Shown: piece by piece, positions 8,173-15,166 of the stretch
Position numbering within the stretch: position 1 is the first letter of the stretch
How the letters are laid out: each line of letters begins with the position of its first letter
Origin: an uncultured Deferribacteres bacterium
GTDB taxonomy: Bacteria > Zhuqueibacterota > Zhuqueibacteria > Zhuqueibacterales > Geothermadaptataceae
DNA: 15,166 nucleotides
Assembly (NCBI GenBank): GCA_964014485.1
Contig: CAXHAT010000188.1
Coordinates: 1 to 15,166, forward strand
Direction of reading: 5' to 3'
Position numbers and translations under genes: made by a program
The notes under the pieces: generated by a model
Told to the model about the DNA's origin: nothing
Database searches by the model: none
What the model saw: the letters and a program-made list of their open reading frames with translations, nothing else

Positions 8173-8937
8173 ATGAACAACATCCTTTCCAGCCTTACAA
8201 CCGACTTCAAGGTGCGCTCGTACGAGATCAATCCCGACGGGTGTGTTTCCTTGCTCGAAATCTGCAACTATCTCCAGGAAAGCGCCGGGAACCATGCACG
8301 AATGCTGGGCGTTGCCGTCGATCAGCTTTTGGAAAAAGATATGACCTGGGTGCTTTCGCGTATGCACGTGAAAGTCGCTGAATTTCCGAAATGGGGCGAA
8401 ACGGTCTGCGTCAAAACGTGGCCTGCGGAAGTGAATCGTCTCTTTGCAATTCGCGATTTTGAGCTGTGCGATATGCAAGGCCGTCAAATTGGCGCAGCGA
8501 CGACGGCATGGATTTTGGTAAATATCGCGAAAAAGCGCCCGATGCGCTTACCGCAAGACATTCGTGAATTTCACCCTGAAAAACCGGTGCGCGCTTTGAA
8601 TGATGATTTTCCAAAACTCCCAATAGTTGAATCGCCGGATCACGAAACCGATTTTTCCGTTCGATTCGCCGACCTTGACCTGAATCGACATGCAAACAAC
8701 GCAGCCTACGTGAAGTGGGTTTTGGAGAGCGCTCCGGCTGAAATCTTGGAAAACCATCGAGTGACGGAATTGGAAATCGAATACAAAAATGAAAGCGTCT
8801 TCGGCGAAAAGATTCGTTCAACTTCAGCGCTTTTTTCTTCTGATGAACCTTCATCAACCTACGTTCATCAGGTTTTTGCAGAAGAAAAAAACATCGAATT
8901 GACGCGGGCAAAAACGAACTGGAAAAGTATCGAGTGA
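8173..8937 (+). CDS. Acyl-ACP thioesterase (FatA/FatB-like, double hotdog fold)
   Basis: Motifs FKVRSYE, YLQESAGNHA, WVLSRM, P.WGE.V.V.TW and VRFADLDLNRHANNAAY..W..E. The start is moved from 8104 to the ATG at 8173 because the first 23 codons largely translate the octamer repeat. Confidence 0.9.
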   Translation: MNNILSSLTTDFKVRSYEINPDGCVSLLEICNYLQESAGNHARMLGVAVDQLLEKDMTWVLSRMHVKVAEFPKWGETVCVKTWPAEVNRLFAIRDFELCDMQGRQIGAATTAWILVNIAKKRPMRLPQDIREFHPEKPVRALNDDFPKLPIVESPDHETDFSVRFADLDLNRHANNAAYVKWVLESAPAEILENHRVTELEIEYKNESVFGEKIRSTSALFSSDEPSSTYVHQVFAEEKNIELTRAKTNWKSIE

Positions 8938-8940
8938 CTG

Positions 8941-10104
8941 ATGATGATTGACGCCCAAAAACTGCTTCCCGTCTACCGTGACGGCCTGTTAAACGACACG
9001 CTGCCCTTCTGGCTCGAGCATTCGATTGATCATGAATTCGGGGGGTATCTTCATTGTCTGGGCCGTAAGGGCGAAATTATCGACACTGACAAATCGACCT
9101 GGATTCAAGGCCGGTTCGCCTGGATGTTGGCGACGCTGTACTCAACAGTCGAAAAAAAACAAGAATGGCTCGACCTCGCTAGGCATGGCGTTGATTTTCT
9201 GCGAAAATACGGATTCGATCAAGACGGACGAATGTTCTTCCGTCTAACGCGTGAAGGCCAACCGCTGCGAAAACGACGCTATCTTTTCTCCGAAACGTTT
9301 ACCTGCATCGCCTTTGCCGCCTACGCGAAAGCCGCTCAGGACGACAAATATGCTTCACTCGCGCATGATCTTTTCAAACGCATTATCCGCTATCACACCA
9401 CGCCGGGCCTGCTTGAGCCGAAAACGGTGAATCGCGAAATGAAAGGCCTGGGTATGCCGATGGTTTTGATTTCGACCGCTCAGGTATTGCGCGAAATGGA
9501 CGACAGGATGATGTACCGAGAGTGGATCAACCGCTCCATCGAAGAAATCAAAAGCGACTTTATGCATGAAGAATTCCACGCCGTCATGGAAACCGTTGGA
9601 CCAAACGGCGAATTTCTCGACGGGTTTGACGGACGTTTGATCACGCCGGGGCACGCGATTGAGGCGGCGTGGTTTATTCTGCACGAAGCGAGACTGCGCG
9701 ACAACGATTCAGATCTGCTCGAAACCGGTTTGAAAATTCTGGACTGGTCATGGGATTGGGGCTGGGACGAGGAATTCGGCGGCATTATTTATTTCCGCGA
9801 CGTTAAAAATCTTCCGCCGAACGAGTATTGGCATGACATGAAATTTTGGTGGCCGCAAAATGAAGCGATCATCGCGACGCTCCTGGCTTACTCGCTTACC
9901 GGGCAAGAAAAGTACGCCCGCCGTTTTCAAATGGTTCACGATTGGGCGCACCAAAAATTCCCCGACGAAAAATACGGCGAATGGTTCGGCTATCTCCATC
10001 GCGACGGCCGCATCTCGACTCCGCTCAAGGGCAACATGTGGAAAGGGCCTTTCCATCTGCCGCGCATGCAATGGTATTGCTGGCAATTGCTTGAATCTTT
10101 TTAA
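8941..10104 (+). CDS. AGE family epimerase/isomerase (N-acyl-D-glucosamine 2-epimerase-like)
   Basis: Motifs LPFW..HSID.E.GGY, DK..W.QGR, PGHAIEAAWF, KFWWPQNE, GEWFGYL and KGPFHLPR, including the catalytic His residues of the (alpha/alpha)6 AGE family. Confidence 0.92.
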   Translation: MMIDAQKLLPVYRDGLLNDTLPFWLEHSIDHEFGGYLHCLGRKGEIIDTDKSTWIQGRFAWMLATLYSTVEKKQEWLDLARHGVDFLRKYGFDQDGRMFFRLTREGQPLRKRRYLFSETFTCIAFAAYAKAAQDDKYASLAHDLFKRIIRYHTTPGLLEPKTVNREMKGLGMPMVLISTAQVLREMDDRMMYREWINRSIEEIKSDFMHEEFHAVMETVGPNGEFLDGFDGRLITPGHAIEAAWFILHEARLRDNDSDLLETGLKILDWSWDWGWDEEFGGIIYFRDVKNLPPNEYWHDMKFWWPQNEAIIATLLAYSLTGQEKYARRFQMVHDWAHQKFPDEKYGEWFGYLHRDGRISTPLKGNMWKGPFHLPRMQWYCWQLLESF

Positions 10105-10151
10105 GTCAAATCGTTGGGAAAAGAAAATCCGGGAGGTTTTTAACAGCGCCT

Positions 10152-10502
10152 CTATATCGGCAAATAAATGACACGATTATCCCATTCTTCAATTTTGCTG
10201 CAGTGAGTTATCAGCAATAAATCATCTATTACGTTCATGGCCGCCGCATCTTGGCTGATGATTATGATCCCAGTCGTTTTGTGCCCTGATGTAATTCGTT
10301 CGTAGGCAAAGAAAGGTACTGTTTCAGCATCATGTGTTAATAACATCCAGTTATTTTGGGCGGCCCATTCGAGTATTTCAGGATCGCTTGCCCCAGACAA
10401 TCCGATGTCTTGCACTCGTGTAATGATTGTTGCTTTATCCTTCAACAACAAACCGCGCAGGATTTTGTTGTTGAAGTTTTCATCCGCCAGTAGTGGAATC
10501 AT
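10152..10502 (-). CDS. DUF5615 family PIN-like protein (putative VapC-type toxin)
   Basis: Motifs LLADENF, RVQDIGLSGASD..ILEWAA, LLTHD and GII. It overlaps the upstream DUF433 gene by ATGA (10499-10502). Confidence 0.85.
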   Translation of the reverse strand: MIPLLADENFNNKILRGLLLKDKATIITRVQDIGLSGASDPEILEWAAQNNWMLLTHDAETVPFFAYERITSGHKTTGIIIISQDAAAMNVIDDLLLITHCSKIEEWDNRVIYLPI

Positions 10503-10840
10503 GAGGCGTTATCGTTTCTCGCCCGACGCTTCAGCAATTTCTCCCGAATTCCTCGTGAATCACAAATATCCCCCAGCTTTTCGCGAATTTTGGCCGCGCT
10601 TTGCCCTCGTTCATCCAAGTAATCTTCTATTTCAGATTGGTGACTCAGATAATAATTGATAGTTGAATAAACATCCGCCAAGCCGAGACAAGGGAATTGA
10701 AAAACAATCTCCTCGCAACTTGAACCGCTTTTGAAGGCGCTGATAACGGTCTCCAATGAAACACGAGTACCGCCAATGCGGACAACTCCTTGAGAATCTT
10801 CTGCAAAAGGCGGGGGAGGCGCAGGTTTGGTTAGAAGCAT
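10499..10840 (-). CDS. DUF433 domain protein (putative HTH antitoxin)
   Basis: G..RI.GTRVSLETVI..F..G.S.EEI..QFP.L.LADVY..I.YY matches the DUF433 pattern. Translationally coupled to the PIN-like gene. Confidence 0.88.
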   Translation of the reverse strand: MLLTKPAPPPPFAEDSQGVVRIGGTRVSLETVISAFKSGSSCEEIVFQFPCLGLADVYSTINYYLSHQSEIEDYLDERGQSAAKIREKLGDICDSRGIREKLLKRRARNDNAS

Positions 10841-10881
10841 AACTCTTACACAGAATTTAGTAACCGGTTGTCTGTTTCACT

Positions 10882-10910
10882 AAAATAGTTATAAATTCAT
10901 AACTATGCAA
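10882..10910 (-). promoter_or_regulatory. Putative sigma70 promoter of the DUF433/DUF5615 operon with overlapping palindromic operator
   Basis: Minus strand reads TTGCAT (10910-10905), a 17-bp spacer, then TATTTT (10887-10882). A perfect 8-bp inverted repeat ATAGTTAT-N6-ATAACTAT (10885-10906) covers the spacer. Confidence 0.55.
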
Positions 10911-10917
10911 ACGCCTA

Positions 10918-10959
10918 TAGAGAAGCGTTTGTCAAACCCGTTTCTTGACACGCTTTCTA
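10918..10959. terminator. Imperfect hairpin downstream of the aldo/keto reductase gene (possible terminator or repeat remnant)
   Basis: TAGAGAAGCGTTTGTCAA (10918-10935) pairs imperfectly with TTGACACGCTTTCTA (10945-10959). There is no clear U-tract. Confidence 0.3.
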
Positions 10960-10978
10960 CCCGGCTCTTCTCCTCACT

Positions 10979-11977
10979 TTAACGGTTATTCGCCATCCAC
11001 GGCGCTGAATTGTGGAAGTTCGCCGCAAAACTTCCCGGCGGGACGAGCTGGTCGCATGCTTCGCGGACTTTCGGCGGCAATTTCATATTCAAAATCGGCA
11101 AGTATTGTTCGAGCTGTTCCATCGTTCGCGGCCCGATGAGCGGCGCGGTGATTCCAGGCTGATCTTTCACCCAAAGCACGGCAAGCTGCGCCGGAGAAAC
11201 GCGAGATTTTTTTGCCAGTTTTACGAAACGCTTTCCGATGTCGACGCCTTGCGGCGTAACGCGCTCTGCATAAATGCCGCCCCTGAGTATTGCCCGTGAA
11301 TCAGGCGGCAGTTTTTTTGCTTTCTCATATCTCCCAGCCAAAATTCCCATCGCCAGCGGCGACCACGGCAGAATTGCAAGACCGTGCGATTGACACACCG
11401 GAACCAATTCATTTTCGATGCGACGGTCGAGCAAATTGTACGGCGGCTGCTCTGATACAAAACGGGACAGGTTTTTCAACTCGCTCATCATTACGCTTTC
11501 CATCACCTTCCACGCCGGAGCCGTCGAACTGCCAATATAACGAACTTTGCCCTGACGCACCAAGTCCGTCAAGGCGCCTAAAGTTTCTTCGACAGGAATA
11601 TCGAAAACGGGGCGGTGCAACTGATAAAGATCGATGTAATCGGTTTTTAACCGGCGGAGAGAATCTTCACAGGCTTTGATGAGATGCAAGCGTGAATTGC
11701 CGCGTTCGTTCGGTCCCGGGCCGGTCGGGTAGTGCGCTTTTGTGGCGAGAACAACTTGGTCGCGTCGCTTGTTGGCGGCCAAAGCTTTGCCAATAATACG
11801 CTCGCTCTCACCCTTAGCGTAGCTGTTGCTGGTGTCGATCAAATTGATCCCGGCGTCCAGCGCACGCTCGATAATTTGGATCGATTCCGCTTCGGGAGTC
11901 GGGTTGGCGAAATTGTCCGTCCCCAAACCCAGCGGCGCGATTTTCACTCCGGTGCGGCCTAAATTTCGATATTCCAT
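10979..11977 (-). CDS. Aldo/keto reductase
   Basis: [16 protein letters not shown] start, catalytic tetrad in DTSNSY / LATK / YQLH, plus [24 protein letters not shown] and WSPLA.G.L.GRY. Confidence 0.95.
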   Translation of the reverse strand: MEYRNLGRTGVKIAPLGLGTDNFANPTPEAESIQIIERALDAGINLIDTSNSYAKGESERIIGKALAANKRRDQVVLATKAHYPTGPGPNERGNSRLHLIKACEDSLRRLKTDYIDLYQLHRPVFDIPVEETLGALTDLVRQGKVRYIGSSTAPAWKVMESVMMSELKNLSRFVSEQPPYNLLDRRIENELVPVCQSHGLAILPWSPLAMGILAGRYEKAKKLPPDSRAILRGGIYAERVTPQGVDIGKRFVKLAKKSRVSPAQLAVLWVKDQPGITAPLIGPRTMEQLEQYLPILNMKLPPKVREACDQLVPPGSFAANFHNSAPWMANNR

Positions 11978-12019
11978 TTTGGCGTAAAATGCTTCAGTAT
12001 TTTTTGGTTAGAAGATTTC

Positions 12020-12045
12020 AGCGCGACAATGAATTGCCGCACTCC
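12020..12045 (-). repeat. Solo GGAG-tagged REP-like hairpin
   Basis: Minus strand reads GGAGT-GCGGCAA-TTCA-TTGTCGC-GCT. This is the same GGAGTGC + hairpin design as the REPs at 7882-7903 and 7977-7998. Confidence 0.5.
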
Positions 12046-12078
12046 GAAAAGGAGTTGCCCAGAAGCTTAAAAACTCTA

Positions 12079-12218
12079 GAGCGTGATTGGGAAGTCCTAA
12101 ATTGTCATGCTGTAGGCGTCTTTTTTAGATTTTCCGCAACAATTGTGGGAACGTTCATGCCTGGCGACCCAAAAAGATTCCTACGGAATGACAAGAAAGG
12201 GACTTTCCAAATACGCTC
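12079..12218. mobile_element. 140-bp MITE-like element enclosing a 93-bp TGTC-tagged REP doublet
   Basis: Terminal repeats GAGCGTGATTGGGAAGTCC (12079-12097) and GGACTTTCCAAATACGCTC (12200-12218) match at 16/19. Flanks are CTA and TTA. Internal doublet TTGTCATGCTGTAGGCGTCTTTTT...AAAAAGATTCCTACGGAATGACAA (12102-12194). Confidence 0.7.
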
Positions 12219-12968
12219 TTATCTCGCAGTAAAACCGGCGTCTACCGTCACCAAAGAGCCGGTCATGTAACTTGCGGCGTCTGAGGCCAGAAAAAGCACG
12301 ACGCGGGCGATTTCGACCGGGTCGGCCAGTCTGCCCATCGGCACGGTCTCGGCTAATTTCTGCATCAATTCCGGCGTGACCGGCTCAGAGCGCTCGGAAG
12401 CCAGCATCGGCGTGTTGACTTCGCCGGGACAAACGGCGTTGATGCGGACGCCGTCCTTGACATGATCCAAAGCCATCGCCCGCGTGATTTGGTGCACCGC
12501 CCCTTTTGATGCGCAATAAGCCAAAACGCCCGCCGCGCCAACGTCGCCCCAAATTGAACCGAAATTGACAATGGCGCCGTTCCCTTGTTTTTTCATAGTC
12601 GGCAAGGCGGCGCGACTCATAAAAAACACGCCGTTGACGTTGACTTCCATTACGCGACGCCACTGCTCATCGGAAGTGTTTAAGCCGCCTGCGCGCACAA
12701 TGATACCGGCGGCGTTGACGAGAACGTCCAAGCGGCCATATCGCTCCAGCGCGGTTTCCACCGCACAGTTGCAAAACGCCGAATCCGCGACGTCACCGAT
12801 CACTGGTGCGTCGGCGCCGATTTCTTCAGCGACTACTTTCGCCGGTTTTTCATTTCGGTCAACGATGACAACTTTGCCCCCGGCCTCGCAAAACTCACTC
12901 GCCGTCGCCGCGCCCATACCGGAGGCCGCGCCTGTAACGACGGCGACTTTTCCTTTGAAATCCGTCAT
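12219..12968 (-). CDS. Short-chain dehydrogenase/reductase (classical SDR)
   Basis: Motifs VTGAASGMG (TGxxxGxG), DVLVNAAG, catalytic S and YCASK (YxxxK), VRINAVCPG, and a terminal TG..VTVDAG. Confidence 0.95.
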   Translation of the reverse strand: MTDFKGKVAVVTGAASGMGAATASEFCEAGGKVVIVDRNEKPAKVVAEEIGADAPVIGDVADSAFCNCAVETALERYGRLDVLVNAAGIIVRAGGLNTSDEQWRRVMEVNVNGVFFMSRAALPTMKKQGNGAIVNFGSIWGDVGAAGVLAYCASKGAVHQITRAMALDHVKDGVRINAVCPGEVNTPMLASERSEPVTPELMQKLAETVPMGRLADPVEIARVVLFLASDAASYMTGSLVTVDAGFTAR

Positions 12969-12969
12969 C

Positions 12970-13203
12970 TCAGGCGGCTAAATTTGACATATCACGCGAA
13001 TGCAAAATTTCATCAGCGGAAAAAGGCCGGATGTCAGAGGCTGTAAGCGTGAGTACGGAAATCGTTTTCCCGCCCGCTGTTGAGAACTCAACTTCAAAGC
13101 CCGCTTTGTCCTTATAGTTATGAACGATCGTGCCAATATCGCCGGACTTCAGCTTAAATTCTTCGATGTCACGCGTCAAAACGACCAAATCGAGTTCATT
13201 CAT
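12970..13203 (-). CDS. DUF4926 domain-containing protein
   Basis: ELD.VVL..D......L..GD.GTIV..Y....FEVEF....G.T..V.TL...DIRP pattern typical of DUF4926. 77 aa, with AGG upstream. Confidence 0.82.
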   Translation of the reverse strand: MNELDLVVLTRDIEEFKLKSGDIGTIVHNYKDKAGFEVEFSTAGGKTISVLTLTASDIRPFSADEILHSRDMSNLAA

Positions 13204-13218
13204 ACCTAATTACCGTTT

Positions 13219-13528
13219 TTAATTTGGGTGCATCGTAATAAATCTCGGCTCATCTTCACCGCTTTCGATAATCCAAACTGTTCGAACCTTGACGAGTCTT
13301 CCTATTGGCGTGCGAATTAAGCCGTCTATAATGTACTTCTTGCCAAAGTGAGAAGAAACAGAATTTGTTATACTTTGAGTTTTTGCCAATTTGAGTAACT
13401 CGCTCCCCAAAACCGAACCGCTTCAAAAATCGTGCTTTGGATTTTCCTGTTTCATGAGTTTCCGACAACAAATATGCCGTCAATTTTGATTCTGGAACAA
13501 AAGCTTTGTCTCGATTCGGTAGTTTTAT
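13219..13528 (-). pseudogene. DUF6883-like protein, disrupted (ATA start plus frameshift)
   Basis: One frame from 13528 reads ATA-KLPNRDKAFVPESKLTAYLLSETHETGKSKARFLKRFGF. The homologous C-terminus (ELLKLAKTQ..SHFGKKYIIDG.IRTP.GR.VKVRTVWII....EPRFITMHP) is in another frame after about 13405. An in-frame TGA lies just upstream of the ATA, so there is no alternative upstream start. Confidence 0.78.
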
Positions 13529-13607
13529 TTCTGATCAATGATCTCTTCTCTGATAGCTTAAAATTCCACTTCGTCGTCGGATTTGCTGTGCTAAACACGG
13601 CCTATCG

Positions 13608-14390
13608 CTACTTTCCTTGAAAATTAGCTTTTCTTTTCTCCAAAAACGCCTTCGTCCCTACTTTCATATCCTCCGTCGAAAAAGCCAGGCCAAACAAGCT
13701 TGCCTCCAGATTCACGCCTTCTTCCAGCGTCATGTCCATGCCGTGATTCACCGCTTCGAGACAGAGCTTGACGGCAATCGGGCCTTTTTGAAAGACGGTT
13801 TGCAAGAATTTTTCACAGGTTGAGATCAGCTCTTCCTGTGGGGCAACATGATTGACCAAACCAATGCGCTCCGCCTCCGCCGCGTCGATCATTCTACCGG
13901 AAATCGTCAATTCAATCGCGCGGCCTTTTCCAACCAGACGCGGCAAGCGCTGGGTGCCGCCGTTGCCGGGGATAATGCCGAGATTCACTTCCGGCTGTCC
14001 AAATTTAGCGTTTTCGGAAGCCCAGCGCATGTGACAGGCCATCGCCAACTCACAGCCGCCGCCAAGAGCAAAACCGTTGACCGCCGCGATTACTGGCTTG
14101 GACGCGTACTCGAGCGTCCGTAAAACCTCCTGGCTGCGCATGGCAAATTCCTTCGCTTCCACCGCGCCGCGTTCGGCCAATTCGGCAATGTCAGCCCCGG
14201 CGGCAAAAGCTTTCGGCCCGGCGCCGGTCAAAATAACGCCTTTGACGTTTTCGTCTTCCATTGCCGATGAGACGGCGCTTTGGATTTCCTGCATCGTTTG
14301 CCAGTTGAGCGCGTTGAGCTTGTCAGGGCGGTTTAATGTGATACGCGCTATCGAATCGTTCACTTCATAGAGAATATTCGTGAAGCTCAT
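13608..14390 (-). CDS. Enoyl-CoA hydratase/isomerase (crotonase family)
   Basis: Motifs ITLNRPDKLNALN, AF.AGADI, KPVIAAVNGFALGGGCELAMAC and GQPEV.LG..PG.GGTQRLPRLVG, with both catalytic Glu present. The start is set at ATG 14390, preceded by AGGAG, rather than 14444. Confidence 0.95.
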   Translation of the reverse strand: MSFTNILYEVNDSIARITLNRPDKLNALNWQTMQEIQSAVSSAMEDENVKGVILTGAGPKAFAAGADIAELAERGAVEAKEFAMRSQEVLRTLEYASKPVIAAVNGFALGGGCELAMACHMRWASENAKFGQPEVNLGIIPGNGGTQRLPRLVGKGRAIELTISGRMIDAAEAERIGLVNHVAPQEELISTCEKFLQTVFQKGPIAVKLCLEAVNHGMDMTLEEGVNLEASLFGLAFSTEDMKVGTKAFLEKRKANFQGK

Positions 14391-14450
14391 CTTGATCTCC
14401 TGATTTACATTAATTCCATAGTTCGCCTTAACTCCACCATCCACTGCGAA

Positions 14451-14543
14451 TTGTCATTCTGCCAAGAATCTTTTTCAGTCGCAAGTTCTGAACTATTGGC
14501 AGGTCTGTTGCCAGAGTCAAACAAGATGCTTCCAGCATGACAA
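14451..14543. repeat. 93-bp TGTC-tagged REP doublet, inverted homologue of 12102-12194
   Basis: TTGTCATTCTGCCAAGAATCT (14451-14471) pairs with AGATGCTTCCAGCATGACAA (14524-14543). Its reverse complement aligns end to end with 12102-12194. Confidence 0.78.
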
Positions 14544-14560
14544 ATTTGAGCAGTCAATAG

Positions 14561-15121
14561 TCAAACAATTGGATTTTGTACAAAATCGCCGCCGCGACAT
14601 GATTTCAAATATTTCAAGCTATGCACTTGCCCGGTCATTTCCAAGTCTCCTTTGTACACCGGATCATGCCAGCCTTCAATGTCAATCGCGCCTTCAAATC
14701 CGGCGGCGCGCAGGTCGCTGATAACGTCCGTCCAGTTGCAGTCGCCGAAGCCGGGCGTACGGTGAAAGGCGAATTGCTTTGAGCCGAACACGCCGTATTT
14801 TTCGATGACGCCGCGCCGGATTGTGCAGCACTTGCCGTGAACGTGAAAAATCCTGTCCGCCCACGCGCGCAGTTGCGGCATAGGATCGATCAAGGCGAAC
14901 ATTTGGTGGCACGGCTCCCACTCCAGGCCGATATTGGGCAATTGCACAGCCTCGAACATCATTTCCCAGGCCGTTGGGTTGTGCGCAATGTTCCAGTCGC
15001 CGCACCGCCAATCTCCGTCCATGGCGCAATTTTCAAAGGCGATGCGCACGTTCTTGGCGCCGGCGTTTTCCGTAATTTTCCCAAAAACTTCCCGGAAGCG
15101 CGGCATGGACTCATCGATAGG
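14561..15121 (-). CDS. Sugar phosphate isomerase/epimerase (xylose isomerase-like TIM barrel), 5'-truncated
   Basis: Metal-binding motifs IAFENC, GLEWEPCH, FHVHGK, RTPGFGDCNW and IDIEGWHD. The N-terminus is missing, and the ORF-track start MESRGLGDVYKRQ is translated adapter. Confidence 0.85.
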   Translation of the reverse strand, partial: PIDESMPRFREVFGKITENAGAKNVRIAFENCAMDGDWRCGDWNIAHNPTAWEMMFEAVQLPNIGLEWEPCHQMFALIDPMPQLRAWADRIFHVHGKCCTIRRGVIEKYGVFGSKQFAFHRTPGFGDCNWTDVISDLRAAGFEGAIDIEGWHDPVYKGDLEMTGQVHSLKYLKSCRGGDFVQNPIV

Positions 15122-15166
15122 CTGTCTCTTATACACATCTCCGAGCCCACGAGACTCCATTGCATC
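15122..15166 (+). other. Illumina Nextera adapter read-through (technical artefact)
   Basis: CTGTCTCTTATACACATCT (Tn5 mosaic end, 15122-15140), then CCGAGCCCACGAGAC (15141-15155), an 8-nt index-like TCCATTGC, and ATC (start of the P7 complement). Confidence 0.98.

Noticed and set aside
13400..13415. Programmed ribosomal frameshift in the DUF6883-like gene
   Set aside because: There is no canonical slippery heptamer with a stimulator, and the start codon is also lost, so decay is the simpler explanation.
14391..14444. N-terminal extension of the crotonase in the ORF track
   Set aside because: A strong AGGAG precedes ATG 14390 and family similarity begins there.
15122..15140. Tn5/IS50 end as a native transposon
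   Set aside because: It is the synthetic mosaic end followed by Illumina adapter sequence.

Overview
Gene-dense fragment of a Gram-negative bacterial genome, probably a metagenomic contig: it ends in an untrimmed Nextera adapter at 15122-15166. The coding content is mostly ordinary: an ATP-grasp protein, two outer-membrane beta-barrels, a secreted S9 peptidase, an orphan LivK-like binding lipoprotein, an acyl-ACP thioesterase, an AGE-family epimerase, an aldo/keto reductase, an SDR, a crotonase and a partial sugar-phosphate isomerase/epimerase. There are two small toxin-antitoxin-like cassettes: an intact DUF433/DUF5615 pair with a palindrome in its putative promoter spacer, and a DUF6883-like pseudogene followed by an intact DUF4926 gene. 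The most distinctive signal is non-coding. Most of the larger intergenic gaps hold palindromic repeats of several unrelated types, some nested. Two MITE-like elements with IS-type terminal inverted repeats carry REP-like doublets and sit directly at stop codons, one with a perfect 7-bp target-site duplication. Two diverged 93-bp copies of one REP doublet occur in inverted orientation. No transposase, RNA gene or CRISPR array was found. Family names come from motif recognition, not database searches.
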